From an uncultured bacterium (GTDB lineage Bacteria; Krumholzibacteriota; Krumholzibacteriia; LZORAL124-64-63): a DNA stretch of 64,000 bases. This document shows, piece by piece, positions 28,177 through 37,753 of this stretch; position 1 is the stretch's first letter, and each line of letters begins with the position of its first letter. The position numbers and the translations under genes are program-made. The notes beneath the pieces are model-generated. The model worked only from the letters and a program-made list of their open reading frames with translations, ran no database searches and was not told where the DNA came from. The stretch spans positions 1,184,001 to 1,248,000 of the forward strand of contig CAVSGO010000007.1 in NCBI GenBank assembly GCA_963727525.1, given 5' to 3'.

Positions 28177-29505
28177 TCAGTCCATGTACTTGCGCGTGTA
28201 TGCTGGCGCATTCAGGTCGTCCAGCAGAGCATCGCTGCGGAAACCGCCGCTCTTCGGCCGCGCAGGACGCAGTTCCTGCGCTTCGCCCACCGGCCTGAGG
28301 TACCGCTGCGACGTCTCGTTCGACGACTCCGTCGGCGCCTGCGGCATCACCACCTCGGGCTCGTCGCTGCCTCCGGCCGCGGCCATGGCCGCCATGGGCT
28401 CAGCTTCCTGCACAAGTTCAGGGTCCGGAGCGATCGCCGCAACCGGTTCGGGCACGACCTCGACGACAGGCTCGGGCTCCACCGATGCCAACACCACAGG
28501 CTCCGGCTCCGCCACGAACGGCCGACGGTACGCCGGCGTCGTCTGCGCGCTCGCCGGGAAGCCGGTGGCGATGACGGTGACCTGCAGCTCGTCGCCCAGG
28601 CTGTCGTCGTTGCCGTAGCCGAAGATGACGTGGGCTTGCGGGCCCGCCGCTTCCTGGATGTGCTGCATCGCACCCGAGGTGTCCATGAGCGTGACCTGCT
28701 TACCGACCAGATTCACGAGCACCGCCTGGGCGCCGTGGATGTCGACGTTCTCGAGCAGCGGCGAGGCCACGGCCGCGCGGGCGGCCTTGATCGCCCGCTC
28801 CTCGCCCGTCGCCGTGCCGGTACCCACGAGCGCCACGCCCATGCCCTGCATGACAGTGCGGACGTCGGCGAAGTCGAGGTTCACCACGGCCGGACGCGAG
28901 ATGATCTCGTAGATGCCCCGCGTGGCCTGGTAGAGCACGTCGTCCGCGGTGCGGAACGCTTCCTGCATGGTGGCCGTGGGCGACACGACCTCGAGCAGCC
29001 GCTGGTTAGGAATGACGATGAGCGTGTCCACATGCTCGCGCAGAGCGGCGATGCCGGCCTCGGCCTGGCGCCGCCGCACGTCGCCCTCGAAGAGGAATGG
29101 CTTGGTGACGATCGCCACGGTCAGCGCGCCAGCCGCCTTCGCCACCTCTGCCACCACCGGCGCGGCCCCCGTGCCTGTGCCGCCACCCATGCCGGCGGTG
29201 ACGAAGACCATGTCGGCCCCGTCGACGATGGACGCGAGGTGCTCGCGATCCTCCTCGGCCGCCTTGCGCCCGATCTCGGGATTCCCGCCCGCGCCGAGGC
29301 CTCGCGTCAAACGTGAACCGATAGCCGTAACCTGATGGGCTTTCGAGTCCTTCAGGACCTGCGCGTCGGTATTGATGGCGTGGAATTCGACACCGGAGAG
29401 CCCAGCCTCGATCATACGATTGACGGCGTTGCCGCCTGCCCCGCCGATGCCGAGCACCTTGATATTAGCCAGCCGCTCGGGGTTGTCGGCAAACTGGATA
29501 TTCAT
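28177..29505 (-). CDS. ftsZ: Cell division protein FtsZ
   Basis: [29 protein letters not shown]-terminal [22 protein letters not shown]. Confidence 0.98.
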   Translation of the reverse strand: MNIQFADNPERLANIKVLGIGGAGGNAVNRMIEAGLSGVEFHAINTDAQVLKDSKAHQVTAIGSRLTRGLGAGGNPEIGRKAAEEDREHLASIVDGADMVFVTAGMGGGTGTGAAPVVAEVAKAAGALTVAIVTKPFLFEGDVRRRQAEAGIAALREHVDTLIVIPNQRLLEVVSPTATMQEAFRTADDVLYQATRGIYEIISRPAVVNLDFADVRTVMQGMGVALVGTGTATGEERAIKAARAAVASPLLENVDIHGAQAVLVNLVGKQVTLMDTSGAMQHIQEAAGPQAHVIFGYGNDDSLGDELQVTVIATGFPASAQTTPAYRRPFVAEPEPVVLASVEPEPVVEVVPEPVAAIAPDPELVQEAEPMAAMAAAGGSDEPEVVMPQAPTESSNETSQRYLRPVGEAQELRPARPKSGGFRSDALLDDLNAPAYTRKYMD

Positions 29506-29611
29506 ATTGGACCGCCTCCTCCTTGAGAAAGGTCCAGCCGCAGAGACTCCTTGTCTCATCTGATTGAATTAACACAAACGGAGCGATTGGCCAAGGGGAT
29601 TCTGGGAATGC

Positions 29612-30829
29612 TCAGCGCTTCTTTCCACCCAGCCAGTTCTTCAACCGGTCGACGACGCGCGTCGAACGTTCCGGAACCGACGGCGCTTGCGGCTCCACCG
29701 CGCCGGCGCCCGCCCACAGCGCAAGCCCCAGCGCGGTGGCCCACTGGCCCTCGCCAAGGTGCTCGGCGCCCGGCAGATCATCGGGCAGGAACCGCGGCTG
29801 CACGCTCATGCCGAAGACCTCCTCGCACAGCGGCACGCTGCCGTCGCAGCGGCTGCCGCCGCCGGTGAGGATGAGGCCGGCGGCGAGGTCGGTGAGAGGG
29901 CGATCGCTGCCGAGGTCGGACTTGACGAGGGTGAGGATCTCCTCGAGGCGGGGTTCGAGGATGGCGGCCACCAGCCCTGGCGTCTCCTGCGGGCGATCGT
30001 CATCGAACAGCACATCCAGCGATGCCGACTCCACCAGACTGCGCAGCGCGACGCCGCGGGCGCACTTGAGGCGCTCGGCCGCGTCGAGTTCCACGCGCAG
30101 GCCATGCGAGAGGTCGCGCGTCAGGTGCATGCCACCCCACGGCACGCTACCCACGCCCACGAGGCGGCCGGCGCGCAGCATGGCCCAGTGTGTCGCCAGA
30201 CCGCCAATGTCCACGAGCAGCACGCCCGCATCCTTCTCGGCCTCGGAAACGAGGCAAGCGGCGGCCGCGAGCACGTCGACCGCATGGCCGGCGGCCGTGT
30301 AACCCGCCGCGTCGATAGCCTGCTCGACATTGCGCACCACCGAGCGCGAGCCCGTGATGAGGTGCGCCTGCACCTCGAGCTGGCTGCCGGTACGGCCGCG
30401 CGGATCCACGATGTTGCCGACGCGATCCACCGTGTAGGACACAGGATTCACGGCAAGGATCTGGTGGTCGAACGGGATGGCGAGGCTGCGGGCCTTGGCG
30501 ATGACGGCCTCGATGTCGCGGTCGCGGATCGCGCGGGGCGCCGAGCCCACCTGCACCTGGCCGCGCGCCCACACCGAGCGCAGGTGCGGACCGGCGACGT
30601 TGTGGAAGAACGCCTCCACCTCCAGTTCGGCGGCCGACTCGAGGGCGCGCAGCGTGCGCTGGATGGCGCGGCTGCCGGCGCGCAGATCCACGAAGTCGCC
30701 GTCCTGAAACCCCGCGGCCCGTTCGCTTGCGGCGCCGAGCACGGCCAGCCGACCATCGTCGAGCACCTCGACGGCCACCGCACGAAAGACGGTGGTGCCG
30801 AAGTCGCAGGCGACGATGACGTGGCCCAT
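29612..30829 (-). CDS. ftsA: Cell division protein FtsA (divergent)
   Basis: DFGTT, VDIGG, AERLK, ILTGGGS, C-terminal amphipathic helix; position between ftsQ and ftsZ. Confidence 0.9.
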   Translation of the reverse strand: MGHVIVACDFGTTVFRAVAVEVLDDGRLAVLGAASERAAGFQDGDFVDLRAGSRAIQRTLRALESAAELEVEAFFHNVAGPHLRSVWARGQVQVGSAPRAIRDRDIEAVIAKARSLAIPFDHQILAVNPVSYTVDRVGNIVDPRGRTGSQLEVQAHLITGSRSVVRNVEQAIDAAGYTAAGHAVDVLAAAACLVSEAEKDAGVLLVDIGGLATHWAMLRAGRLVGVGSVPWGGMHLTRDLSHGLRVELDAAERLKCARGVALRSLVESASLDVLFDDDRPQETPGLVAAILEPRLEEILTLVKSDLGSDRPLTDLAAGLILTGGGSRCDGSVPLCEEVFGMSVQPRFLPDDLPGAEHLGEGQWATALGLALWAGAGAVEPQAPSVPERSTRVVDRLKNWLGGKKR

Positions 30830-30832
30830 GAT

Positions 30833-31642
30833 CTACCTCGCGTCGGCGACCGGGGGTACGAAGGTGATACGATCGGAGAAGCGCAGGTCGACGTCGCTTC
30901 CGGCGGGCACCTGCGCCTGCGCCATGATATAGCGGTCGAGGCGCGCGCGGTAGTCCTCGCGGCCGACGCGCAGGCTACCGCGTCCGTCCTGGAGCACGAT
31001 CGCGAAGCCCTCGCGCCGGCAGAGCACGAAGTCGACCGGCGCCACCGCCTCGAGGCCGGTGGCGGCGAGCGCGTCGACGAGGGCGAGCACGTCGCTCACC
31101 GCCGGCTCCTGCAGCATCCCGTCGCTCGCGAGCCGCGCGTCGACGAGCACGGGCAGGCCCGGCGCCTCGAGGTGCGCCGGTACCGGGAGCACGCGGCCGT
31201 TCTCCAGCAGCAAGCGCGGTCGGCCTCCCGTCTTGGCGGCGGGTAACTCGAGGACGGGGCGCCACTCCCGGAAATCGACGACCACCGTGCCGGGCAGCCG
31301 CCGCCGTACGCGCAGGTCGCGCACCCAGGGCAGAGCCTGGAGCTGCGCCGCGACCTCGTCGGTGGAGAGGCGGAAGATGTTGTGGTGCAGGCAGCCTGCG
31401 AGGGCGCGCTGGAGCGCCGCCTCTTCGGTGTAGCGATAAGGTCCCGACTCCAGGCGCGTGACCGCGAAGAGGGGTGCCGTGAGCAGCCACCACACGGCGA
31501 CGCCGAGGGCCGCCGCGACCAGGACGGCGGCTGCCCCACGCCCCAGCAGGCGCCGGCGCGAGGCACCGCGCTTCTTGCGGCGCGCCATGCCACGCGTCCT
31601 CGTATCGGCGAATTCGCCGATGATGAGCGCCGGTCCTCTCAT
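30833..31642 (-). CDS. ftsQ: Cell division protein FtsQ
   Basis: One TM, POTRA (LPWVRDLRVRRRLPGTV), C-terminal VDLRF. Confidence 0.88.
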   Translation of the reverse strand: MRGPALIIGEFADTRTRGMARRKKRGASRRRLLGRGAAAVLVAAALGVAVWWLLTAPLFAVTRLESGPYRYTEEAALQRALAGCLHHNIFRLSTDEVAAQLQALPWVRDLRVRRRLPGTVVVDFREWRPVLELPAAKTGGRPRLLLENGRVLPVPAHLEAPGLPVLVDARLASDGMLQEPAVSDVLALVDALAATGLEAVAPVDFVLCRREGFAIVLQDGRGSLRVGREDYRARLDRYIMAQAQVPAGSDVDLRFSDRITFVPPVADAR

Positions 31643-33003
31643 GGCGTGGCCCGCTCGTCGAGATGCGAGGTGATCGTGTCCACGAGGCGACCGATGTCGC
31701 CCGCGCCGAGAGTGAGTAGCAGATCGCCAGACTGCACCTGATCGTCGAGCCACGCCGGCACGTCGCGCGGGCTCGCGAGGACGGTGACGACGCCGGCGTC
31801 CTTCTCGCGCAGGCCGTCGGCGATGAGATCGCTGGTCACGTCGCCTGGGTCGACTTCGCTCGCCGCATACACCGGCAGCAGGGCCACGGTGTCCGCACCG
31901 GCAAGGGAATCGGCGAACTCGCGCTGAAACCGCCGCGTGCGCGAGTAACGATGGGGCTGAAAGAGCACGGCCACGCGCCGGTCGAAGCTGCGCGCCACTT
32001 CCATGGTGGCCTGGATCTCGGTGGGGTGGTGCCCGTAGTCGTCGAGCACGAGCACGTCGCCGTGCACGCCGCGATTCTCGCAGCGGCGACCCACGCCGCG
32101 AAACCCGGACAGTCCGCGCGCGATGGACGCGAAATCCACGCCCAGCTCCAGTCCCACGGCCACAGCCGCGAGCGCATTGCGCAGATTATGGCTTCCGCGC
32201 ACCGGTAGCTCGATCGTCCCCAGTTCCTCGCCGAAGGCATGCACCACGGTGCGTTGCGCCGTGACCTCGGCGCGGACCTGCGCCTCGGTCGTCAGTCCGT
32301 ACGTGAGGACCTTGCGATCCAGGCGCGCGGCGAGGGCGCGGACCTCGGCGTCGTCGTGACAGAGCACGGCGGTGCCGTAGAACGGCACGCGCGCGAGGAA
32401 GGCGGAGAAGGCCTCGCGCAGATGGTCGAGATCGGGATAGAAGTCGACATGCTCGAGGTCGATGTTCGTGACCACCGCGATGGTGGGGCTCAGGCGCAGA
32501 AAGGTACCGTCGCTCTCGTCGGCCTCGGCCACCAGGTACTCGCCCTTGCCGAGCTGCGCGTTGGTGCCCGTGGCCAGCACCTTGCCGCCCACGATCACCG
32601 TGGGGTCGATCCCCCCCTCGCCCAGCACCGCCGCCACCATGCTCGTGGTGGTGGTCTTGCCATGCGAACCGGCGATGGCCACGCCGTACTTCAGACGCAT
32701 CAGCTCGGCCAGCATGTCGGCGCGGCGGATCACGGGGATGCGGCGATTGCGCGCCGCGCGGATCTCGGGGTTGGCATCGGTGACGGCGGACGAGTAGACG
32801 ACGACATCCGCCCCCGTGACACGGTCGGCGCCGTGACCGACGAACACGCGCGCGCCGAGCTCGCTCAGGCGCCGGGTGGTGGCGGTCTCGTGCAGATCAC
32901 TGCCGCTCACGCGGAATCCAAGGTTGAGCAGGATCTCGGCGATGCCGCTCATCCCGACGCCGCCGATGGCTACCAGGTGGATGTGACGGGTGTTGCGAAA
33001 CAT
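31639..33003 (-). CDS. murC: UDP-N-acetylmuramate--L-alanine ligase
   Basis: IGGVGMSGIA, AGSHGKTTTT, EADESDGTF, DDYGHHPTEI. Confidence 0.97.
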   Translation of the reverse strand: MFRNTRHIHLVAIGGVGMSGIAEILLNLGFRVSGSDLHETATTRRLSELGARVFVGHGADRVTGADVVVYSSAVTDANPEIRAARNRRIPVIRRADMLAELMRLKYGVAIAGSHGKTTTTSMVAAVLGEGGIDPTVIVGGKVLATGTNAQLGKGEYLVAEADESDGTFLRLSPTIAVVTNIDLEHVDFYPDLDHLREAFSAFLARVPFYGTAVLCHDDAEVRALAARLDRKVLTYGLTTEAQVRAEVTAQRTVVHAFGEELGTIELPVRGSHNLRNALAAVAVGLELGVDFASIARGLSGFRGVGRRCENRGVHGDVLVLDDYGHHPTEIQATMEVARSFDRRVAVLFQPHRYSRTRRFQREFADSLAGADTVALLPVYAASEVDPGDVTSDLIADGLREKDAGVVTVLASPRDVPAWLDDQVQSGDLLLTLGAGDIGRLVDTITSHLDERATP

Positions 33004-33025
33004 GATGCCTCCGTGCCCCTCGATC

Positions 33026-34129
33026 CTACGCCGCCGGCGCTCCCGATGCCAGCCGCAAAACGTCGGCGGCAATATCGGCGGCCGCGCGCGGCCGCGCCAG
33101 GCTGGCGGCGGCCGTCGCCATCGCGGCCAGGCGGGCGCGATCGCCGACGATGGCCTCGACCATGGGCGCCAGCGTGTCCGCGCGGCAATCGCGGTCCTCC
33201 AGCACGACGGCGGCGCCGGCCGCCTCGCGGGCGCGGGCATTGCGGAGCTGGTGATCGTCGGTCGCGTGCGGGAAGGGCACCAGTACCGCCGGACGGCCGG
33301 TCACGGCCAGCTCGGCCAGCGTCATCGCGCCAGCCCGACACACCACGAGGTCGGCCCAGCGCAGCCCGGGCGCCATGGCATCGATGTAGGGCATCACGCG
33401 TACCCGCGCCGGCGACCAGGCGGCGAATGCCGCCGCCACCTCCGCATGGGCGGTGGGGCCCGTCTGCACGACGAGCGCGAGGTCGCCTCGTTGCCGCCAC
33501 CGCGGCGCGATCGCCGCCAGGGTTTCATTGAGCGTGCGGGCGCCGCCGCTGCCGCCGACGACGAGCACGCGCACATCGCCCTGCGGCAGATCAGGCGCCG
33601 TCGCCGTACCCGCGCTGAAGGCCGCGCGCACGGGATTGCCGGTCAGCACGCAACGTGCGGCCGGCAGCCAGCGCCGCGCCGCCTCCTCCCCCAGATAGAT
33701 GCGCTGCGCCCATCGCGCGGCGAGTCGGTTGGCCGATCCGGGCACCGCATTCTGCTCCTGGATCGCGCAGGCGATGCCGCGCGCACGCGCCGCCGCCATC
33801 ACCGGGCCGGTGACGTAGCCGCCGGTGCCGAGCACCACCTGCGGACGCCAGCGGCCGAGCAGCACCCACGCCGCGAGCGCCCCGCGGCCGAAGTTTCCCA
33901 GGAACCGCGTGCGAGCCACCGCACCGAGGCCGCGAAAGCCCGAAGCCGGCACCGCATGGAATGGCAGACCGGCGTCGGTGGCGAGGCGGCGCTCGATACC
34001 CCCCGGCGTGCCCGCGAAACGGATCTCGATGGTCGGCGCCTGTGCGCGCAGCGCCTCTGCGATGGCCAGCGCGGGGTAGACGTGCCCCCCCGTACCACCA
34101 CCGGTGAGCAGCACGCGCGGCGCGGTCAC
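33026..34129 (-). CDS. murG: MurG glycosyltransferase
   Basis: GGGTGGHVYP, GTGGY, EQN..PG.AN, GNPVR, GGSGGA, CRAGAMTLAE. Confidence 0.97.
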   Translation of the reverse strand: MTAPRVLLTGGGTGGHVYPALAIAEALRAQAPTIEIRFAGTPGGIERRLATDAGLPFHAVPASGFRGLGAVARTRFLGNFGRGALAAWVLLGRWRPQVVLGTGGYVTGPVMAAARARGIACAIQEQNAVPGSANRLAARWAQRIYLGEEAARRWLPAARCVLTGNPVRAAFSAGTATAPDLPQGDVRVLVVGGSGGARTLNETLAAIAPRWRQRGDLALVVQTGPTAHAEVAAAFAAWSPARVRVMPYIDAMAPGLRWADLVVCRAGAMTLAELAVTGRPAVLVPFPHATDDHQLRNARAREAAGAAVVLEDRDCRADTLAPMVEAIVGDRARLAAMATAAASLARPRAAADIAADVLRLASGAPAA

Positions 34130-35298
34130 GACCGGCCCGGCAACCAGTTCTGGCGCCACTGCTGGTAGCTGCGTCCCTGGCGCTCGATGCTCAGGATGAT
34201 GCCCACGGCCGCGAGGTTGGACACCAGCGCCGACCCGCCGTAGCTGACGAACGGCAGCGGCACGCCCATCACCGGGATCATGCCCGTCACCATGCCGATG
34301 TTCGTGAAGCCGTAGACGGCAATCATGGCACTCAGGCCCGCGGCGACGAGGCGTCCGAAGGTGTCCTGCGCGCGCTGCGCGATGCCCAGGCCGCGCCACG
34401 CGAAGATCAGCAGCGCCACCACCACGATGACGGTGCCGATGAGACCCAGTTCCTCGCCGAGGTAGCTGAATGCGAAGTCGGTGTGCTGCTCCGGCAAGAA
34501 GGAGAACTTGTTGTGGCTGTTGCCCGGACCCAGCCCGTGCCAGCCGCCGGCGCCCAGGCCGATGAGCGACTGGTGCACCTGGTAGCCGAAAGGCGGCTCG
34601 TCGCCGCGGCCCTCGCCGAGCCAGCCGAGGCGCCAGGCGTCGATGCGCGTGTGCAGCTTGGACACGGCGAGGTAGCCTGCAGTGGTGCACAGCACCGCCG
34701 CCGGCGGCACCAGCGCGAGGAGACGCCAGGAGAGACCCGCCAGCAAGACCACGAGCAGAGTGCTGATCGCCACCACCACCACGTTGCCGAAATTGGGCTG
34801 CAGGATGAGGATCACCATGAGTACGCCCGGTCCCGCCGCGAGGGTGCGCAGCAGGTTGCGCCAGGCCAGGGGCTCGGTGACGGCTGGCGCGCCGAGCCGC
34901 GCGGCGAGGAAAATCACCACGGCGATCTTCGCCACCTCGAGCGGCTGCACGGGGAAGAGTCCGAAGAAGGAAAACCAGCGCTCGATGCCCGCCTGCTTGC
35001 CGATCACCGGGATAGCCGTGAGCAAAAGCCCCACCGCCAGCACGCTCCAGTACACGAAAGGCCGCCGCAGGAACCCGAGGTCGAGGCTCGCGAGCACCAC
35101 CAGCGCCACCAGACCCAGCGCCAGGCGCACGAGCTGCTTGACGAGGTAGTAATATTGCCCGAGCGAACCCGCCTGAGCCTCGGGCCGGAAGCTCCCGGCG
35201 CCGTATACGGCGAGGGTGCCGAGGATGCAGAGCGCAAGCACGGCGAAGAGCAGCATGCGATCGCCGTCGCGGAAGATGCGCAGCAAGCGTCCGCCCAC
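34126..35298 (-). CDS. ftsW: SEDS protein FtsW
   Basis: QPLEVAK, QPNFG, GYQ..QSLI, LPEQHTDF, LPFVSYGGS. Confidence 0.94.
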   Translation of the reverse strand: MGGRLLRIFRDGDRMLLFAVLALCILGTLAVYGAGSFRPEAQAGSLGQYYYLVKQLVRLALGLVALVVLASLDLGFLRRPFVYWSVLAVGLLLTAIPVIGKQAGIERWFSFFGLFPVQPLEVAKIAVVIFLAARLGAPAVTEPLAWRNLLRTLAAGPGVLMVILILQPNFGNVVVVAISTLLVVLLAGLSWRLLALVPPAAVLCTTAGYLAVSKLHTRIDAWRLGWLGEGRGDEPPFGYQVHQSLIGLGAGGWHGLGPGNSHNKFSFLPEQHTDFAFSYLGEELGLIGTVIVVVALLIFAWRGLGIAQRAQDTFGRLVAAGLSAMIAVYGFTNIGMVTGMIPVMGVPLPFVSYGGSALVSNLAAVGIILSIERQGRSYQQWRQNWLPGRS

Positions 35299-35299
35299 G

Positions 35300-36652
35300 T
35301 CAGTCTCCCTTCGCGCCGAGGGCGCGCGCCGCCGCGGCGAAGGCCTCGCCGCGGTGGCGGTAGTCGCGAAACATGTCGAAGCTCGCGCACGCCGGGCTCA
35401 GCAGCACCGTCGCCTCCGGCGCGGCGAGCAGGGCAGCCAGGCGCACCGCCTCCTCCATGCTCGTGGTCGGATGCGTGGGCACCAGATCGCCGACGGCGGC
35501 CGCAATGGCGGGCCCCTCCTCGCCGATCGTGACGACGGCCCGCACCTGGGCCATGGCGTCGCGCAGGGGCGTATAGTCCTCGCCCTTGCCCCGCCCGCCG
35601 GCGATGAGGACCACGTCGCCAGGGTAGTCGCGCAGGCCGGCGCACACCGCATGCACGTTGGTGGCCTTGGTATCGTCCACGAAGCGCACGCCGCCGAGCC
35701 GACCGACCGGCTGGTGGCGATGCGCCAGACCACGGAACGACCGCAGCCCCTCGGCGATGACGTCGGGCGCCAGGCCCAGCGGCAGGACCGCCGCCGCGCT
35801 GGCCAGCGCGTTGAGTACGTTGGGTGGCGACGGCAACGCGAGTTCGGACACGGCGAGCAGGCGTACGTCTTCGAGGAAGAGGTCGTCGCCGCGGCGATGC
35901 ACGGTCGCACCGGCGTCGCGTGCGCCGAAGAGCACGCGCCGTCCTCGGTGCGACCAGGCCAGCGCCTCCGGGCAAGCCGTCCAGGTGACGAAGGCGCCGT
36001 CATCGGCCACGTGCTCGACGAGCCGCCGCTTCGCCGCGAAGTAGGCGGCGAGATCGGCGTAGCGGTCGAGGTGGTCGGGAGCTAGGTTCAGCACCACGGC
36101 GACGGTCGGGCGGTAGGTGGCGATGGTCTCGAGCTGGAAGCTGCTGCACTCGATCACGGGGATCGCCTCGGGCGGGAGCGTATCGGCGACCATGGCGAGG
36201 GGCTTGCCGAGGTTGCCGAGCCCCTCGGACACGAAGCCGGCCGTACACAGCAGGTGGGCGATCCAGGCCGTCGTCGTGGACTTGCCGTTGGTGCCGGTGA
36301 CGGCCACGCTGCGGCCGCCGAAGACGCGGGCCGACCACTCCAGCTCGCCGTGCACGGGCACGCCCCGGGCGACCAGCTGCTGCAGACGCGGATGCGCGAG
36401 GGAGACGCCCGGGCTGAGCACGACCGCGTCGATACTCGCGCGCAGCGCACCGTCCCAGTCGCCGCCCGTGTGCAGCGCGTCGAAGGCGTCGCCCGCGAGG
36501 TCGTCGGCCTGCCAGCGCGCGTCGACCCTGTCCTGCGGGGCGTCGTCCACACCCACGATGCGCGCACCGTGCCGGCGCAGCATGGCCGCCGCGGCGCAAC
36601 CGCTGCGGGCCAGGCCCACCACCAGGATCGTCTTGCCGCGCACGTCGATCAC
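35300..36652 (-). CDS. murD: UDP-MurNAc-L-Ala--D-Glu ligase
   Basis: GLARSG, TGTNGKSTT, ECSSFQL, DDTKATN, LLSPACASFD. Confidence 0.97.
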   Translation of the reverse strand: MIDVRGKTILVVGLARSGCAAAAMLRRHGARIVGVDDAPQDRVDARWQADDLAGDAFDALHTGGDWDGALRASIDAVVLSPGVSLAHPRLQQLVARGVPVHGELEWSARVFGGRSVAVTGTNGKSTTTAWIAHLLCTAGFVSEGLGNLGKPLAMVADTLPPEAIPVIECSSFQLETIATYRPTVAVVLNLAPDHLDRYADLAAYFAAKRRLVEHVADDGAFVTWTACPEALAWSHRGRRVLFGARDAGATVHRRGDDLFLEDVRLLAVSELALPSPPNVLNALASAAAVLPLGLAPDVIAEGLRSFRGLAHRHQPVGRLGGVRFVDDTKATNVHAVCAGLRDYPGDVVLIAGGRGKGEDYTPLRDAMAQVRAVVTIGEEGPAIAAAVGDLVPTHPTTSMEEAVRLAALLAAPEATVLLSPACASFDMFRDYRHRGEAFAAAARALGAKGD

Positions 36653-36661
36653 GCCACGCTC

Positions 36662-37747
36662 CTACTGCAACTTGATGGTGCTCATGCTCAACAGCGCGAG
36701 CAGGATGCCCACGATCCAGAAACGTACCACCACCTGCGTCTCCGACCAGCCGCTCAGCTCGAAGTGATGGTGCAGCGGTGCCATGCGGAAGAGACGCCGG
36801 CCCTTCGTCCAGCGGAAGAAGCTCACCTGGCAGATCACAGAGACCGCCTCGATCACGAACATACCGCCCACGATGACGAGCAGCAGCTCCTTCTTCACGA
36901 GAATGGCCACCGTGCCGAGCGCGCCGCCCAGCGCGAGGCTGCCGGTGTCGCCCATGAACACGCGCGCGGGATGCGCGTTGAACCAGAGGAATCCCAGGGA
37001 TGCGCCCACGACCGAGGCGCAGTACACCGTAAGCTCGCCGGCGCCGGGCAGGTAGAGGATGTTGAGATAGTCGGCGAAAACCTTGTTGCCCGACAGGTAC
37101 GACACGGCAGCGAAGGCCGCGAACGACAGCGCGCTCAGCCCGATGGCCAGGCCGTCGAGTCCGTCGGACAGGTTCACCGCGTTGCTCGTGCCGCTGACCA
37201 CGAGCACGATGAGGGGGATATAGAACCAGCCCCAGTTGATGAGCAGATCCTTGAAGAACGGCACCGACGTCTTCGTGAGCACGGCGCTGCCGTCGCTCGT
37301 GATCAGGATGATGCCGAGCACCAGGCCGAAGCCCACCTGACCCGCCATCTTCACGCGGCCGACCATGCCCTTGGGCCGCTTCTTCACCACTTTCAGGTAG
37401 TCGTCGACAAAGCCCAGCGCCCCCATCCACACCGTGGCCAGCAACGCGAGCCGCACGTAGGTGCTATCGAGCCGCGCCCACAGCGCCGTGGGCACGACGA
37501 TGGCGGTGAGGATCAGCAGCCCGCCCATCGTGGGCGTTCCCGCCTTGGCCTTGTGGTGGGCCGGCCCGTCCTCGCGGATGGTCTCGCCGAGTTGCATCGT
37601 GGCGAGCTTGCGGATGAGCCAGTCACCGAAGATGAAGGCGATGAGCAACGCCGTGATGGTGGCATAGGCGGCGCGGAAGGTGATGTACTGGAAGACGTTG
37701 AACACCGACCACTGGGTGTGTAGCGGATAGAGCAGGTGATAGAACAT
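36662..37747 (-). CDS. mraY: Phospho-MurNAc-pentapeptide transferase
   Basis: [40 protein letters not shown]. Confidence 0.98.
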   Translation of the reverse strand: MFYHLLYPLHTQWSVFNVFQYITFRAAYATITALLIAFIFGDWLIRKLATMQLGETIREDGPAHHKAKAGTPTMGGLLILTAIVVPTALWARLDSTYVRLALLATVWMGALGFVDDYLKVVKKRPKGMVGRVKMAGQVGFGLVLGIILITSDGSAVLTKTSVPFFKDLLINWGWFYIPLIVLVVSGTSNAVNLSDGLDGLAIGLSALSFAAFAAVSYLSGNKVFADYLNILYLPGAGELTVYCASVVGASLGFLWFNAHPARVFMGDTGSLALGGALGTVAILVKKELLLVIVGGMFVIEAVSVICQVSFFRWTKGRRLFRMAPLHHHFELSGWSETQVVVRFWIVGILLALLSMSTIKLQ

Positions 37748-37753
37748 CGGCCG

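Noticed and set aside
28380-28520. EPEPVV-like repeats in ftsZ
   Set aside because: Ordinary low-complexity FtsZ linker, not a DNA repeat element
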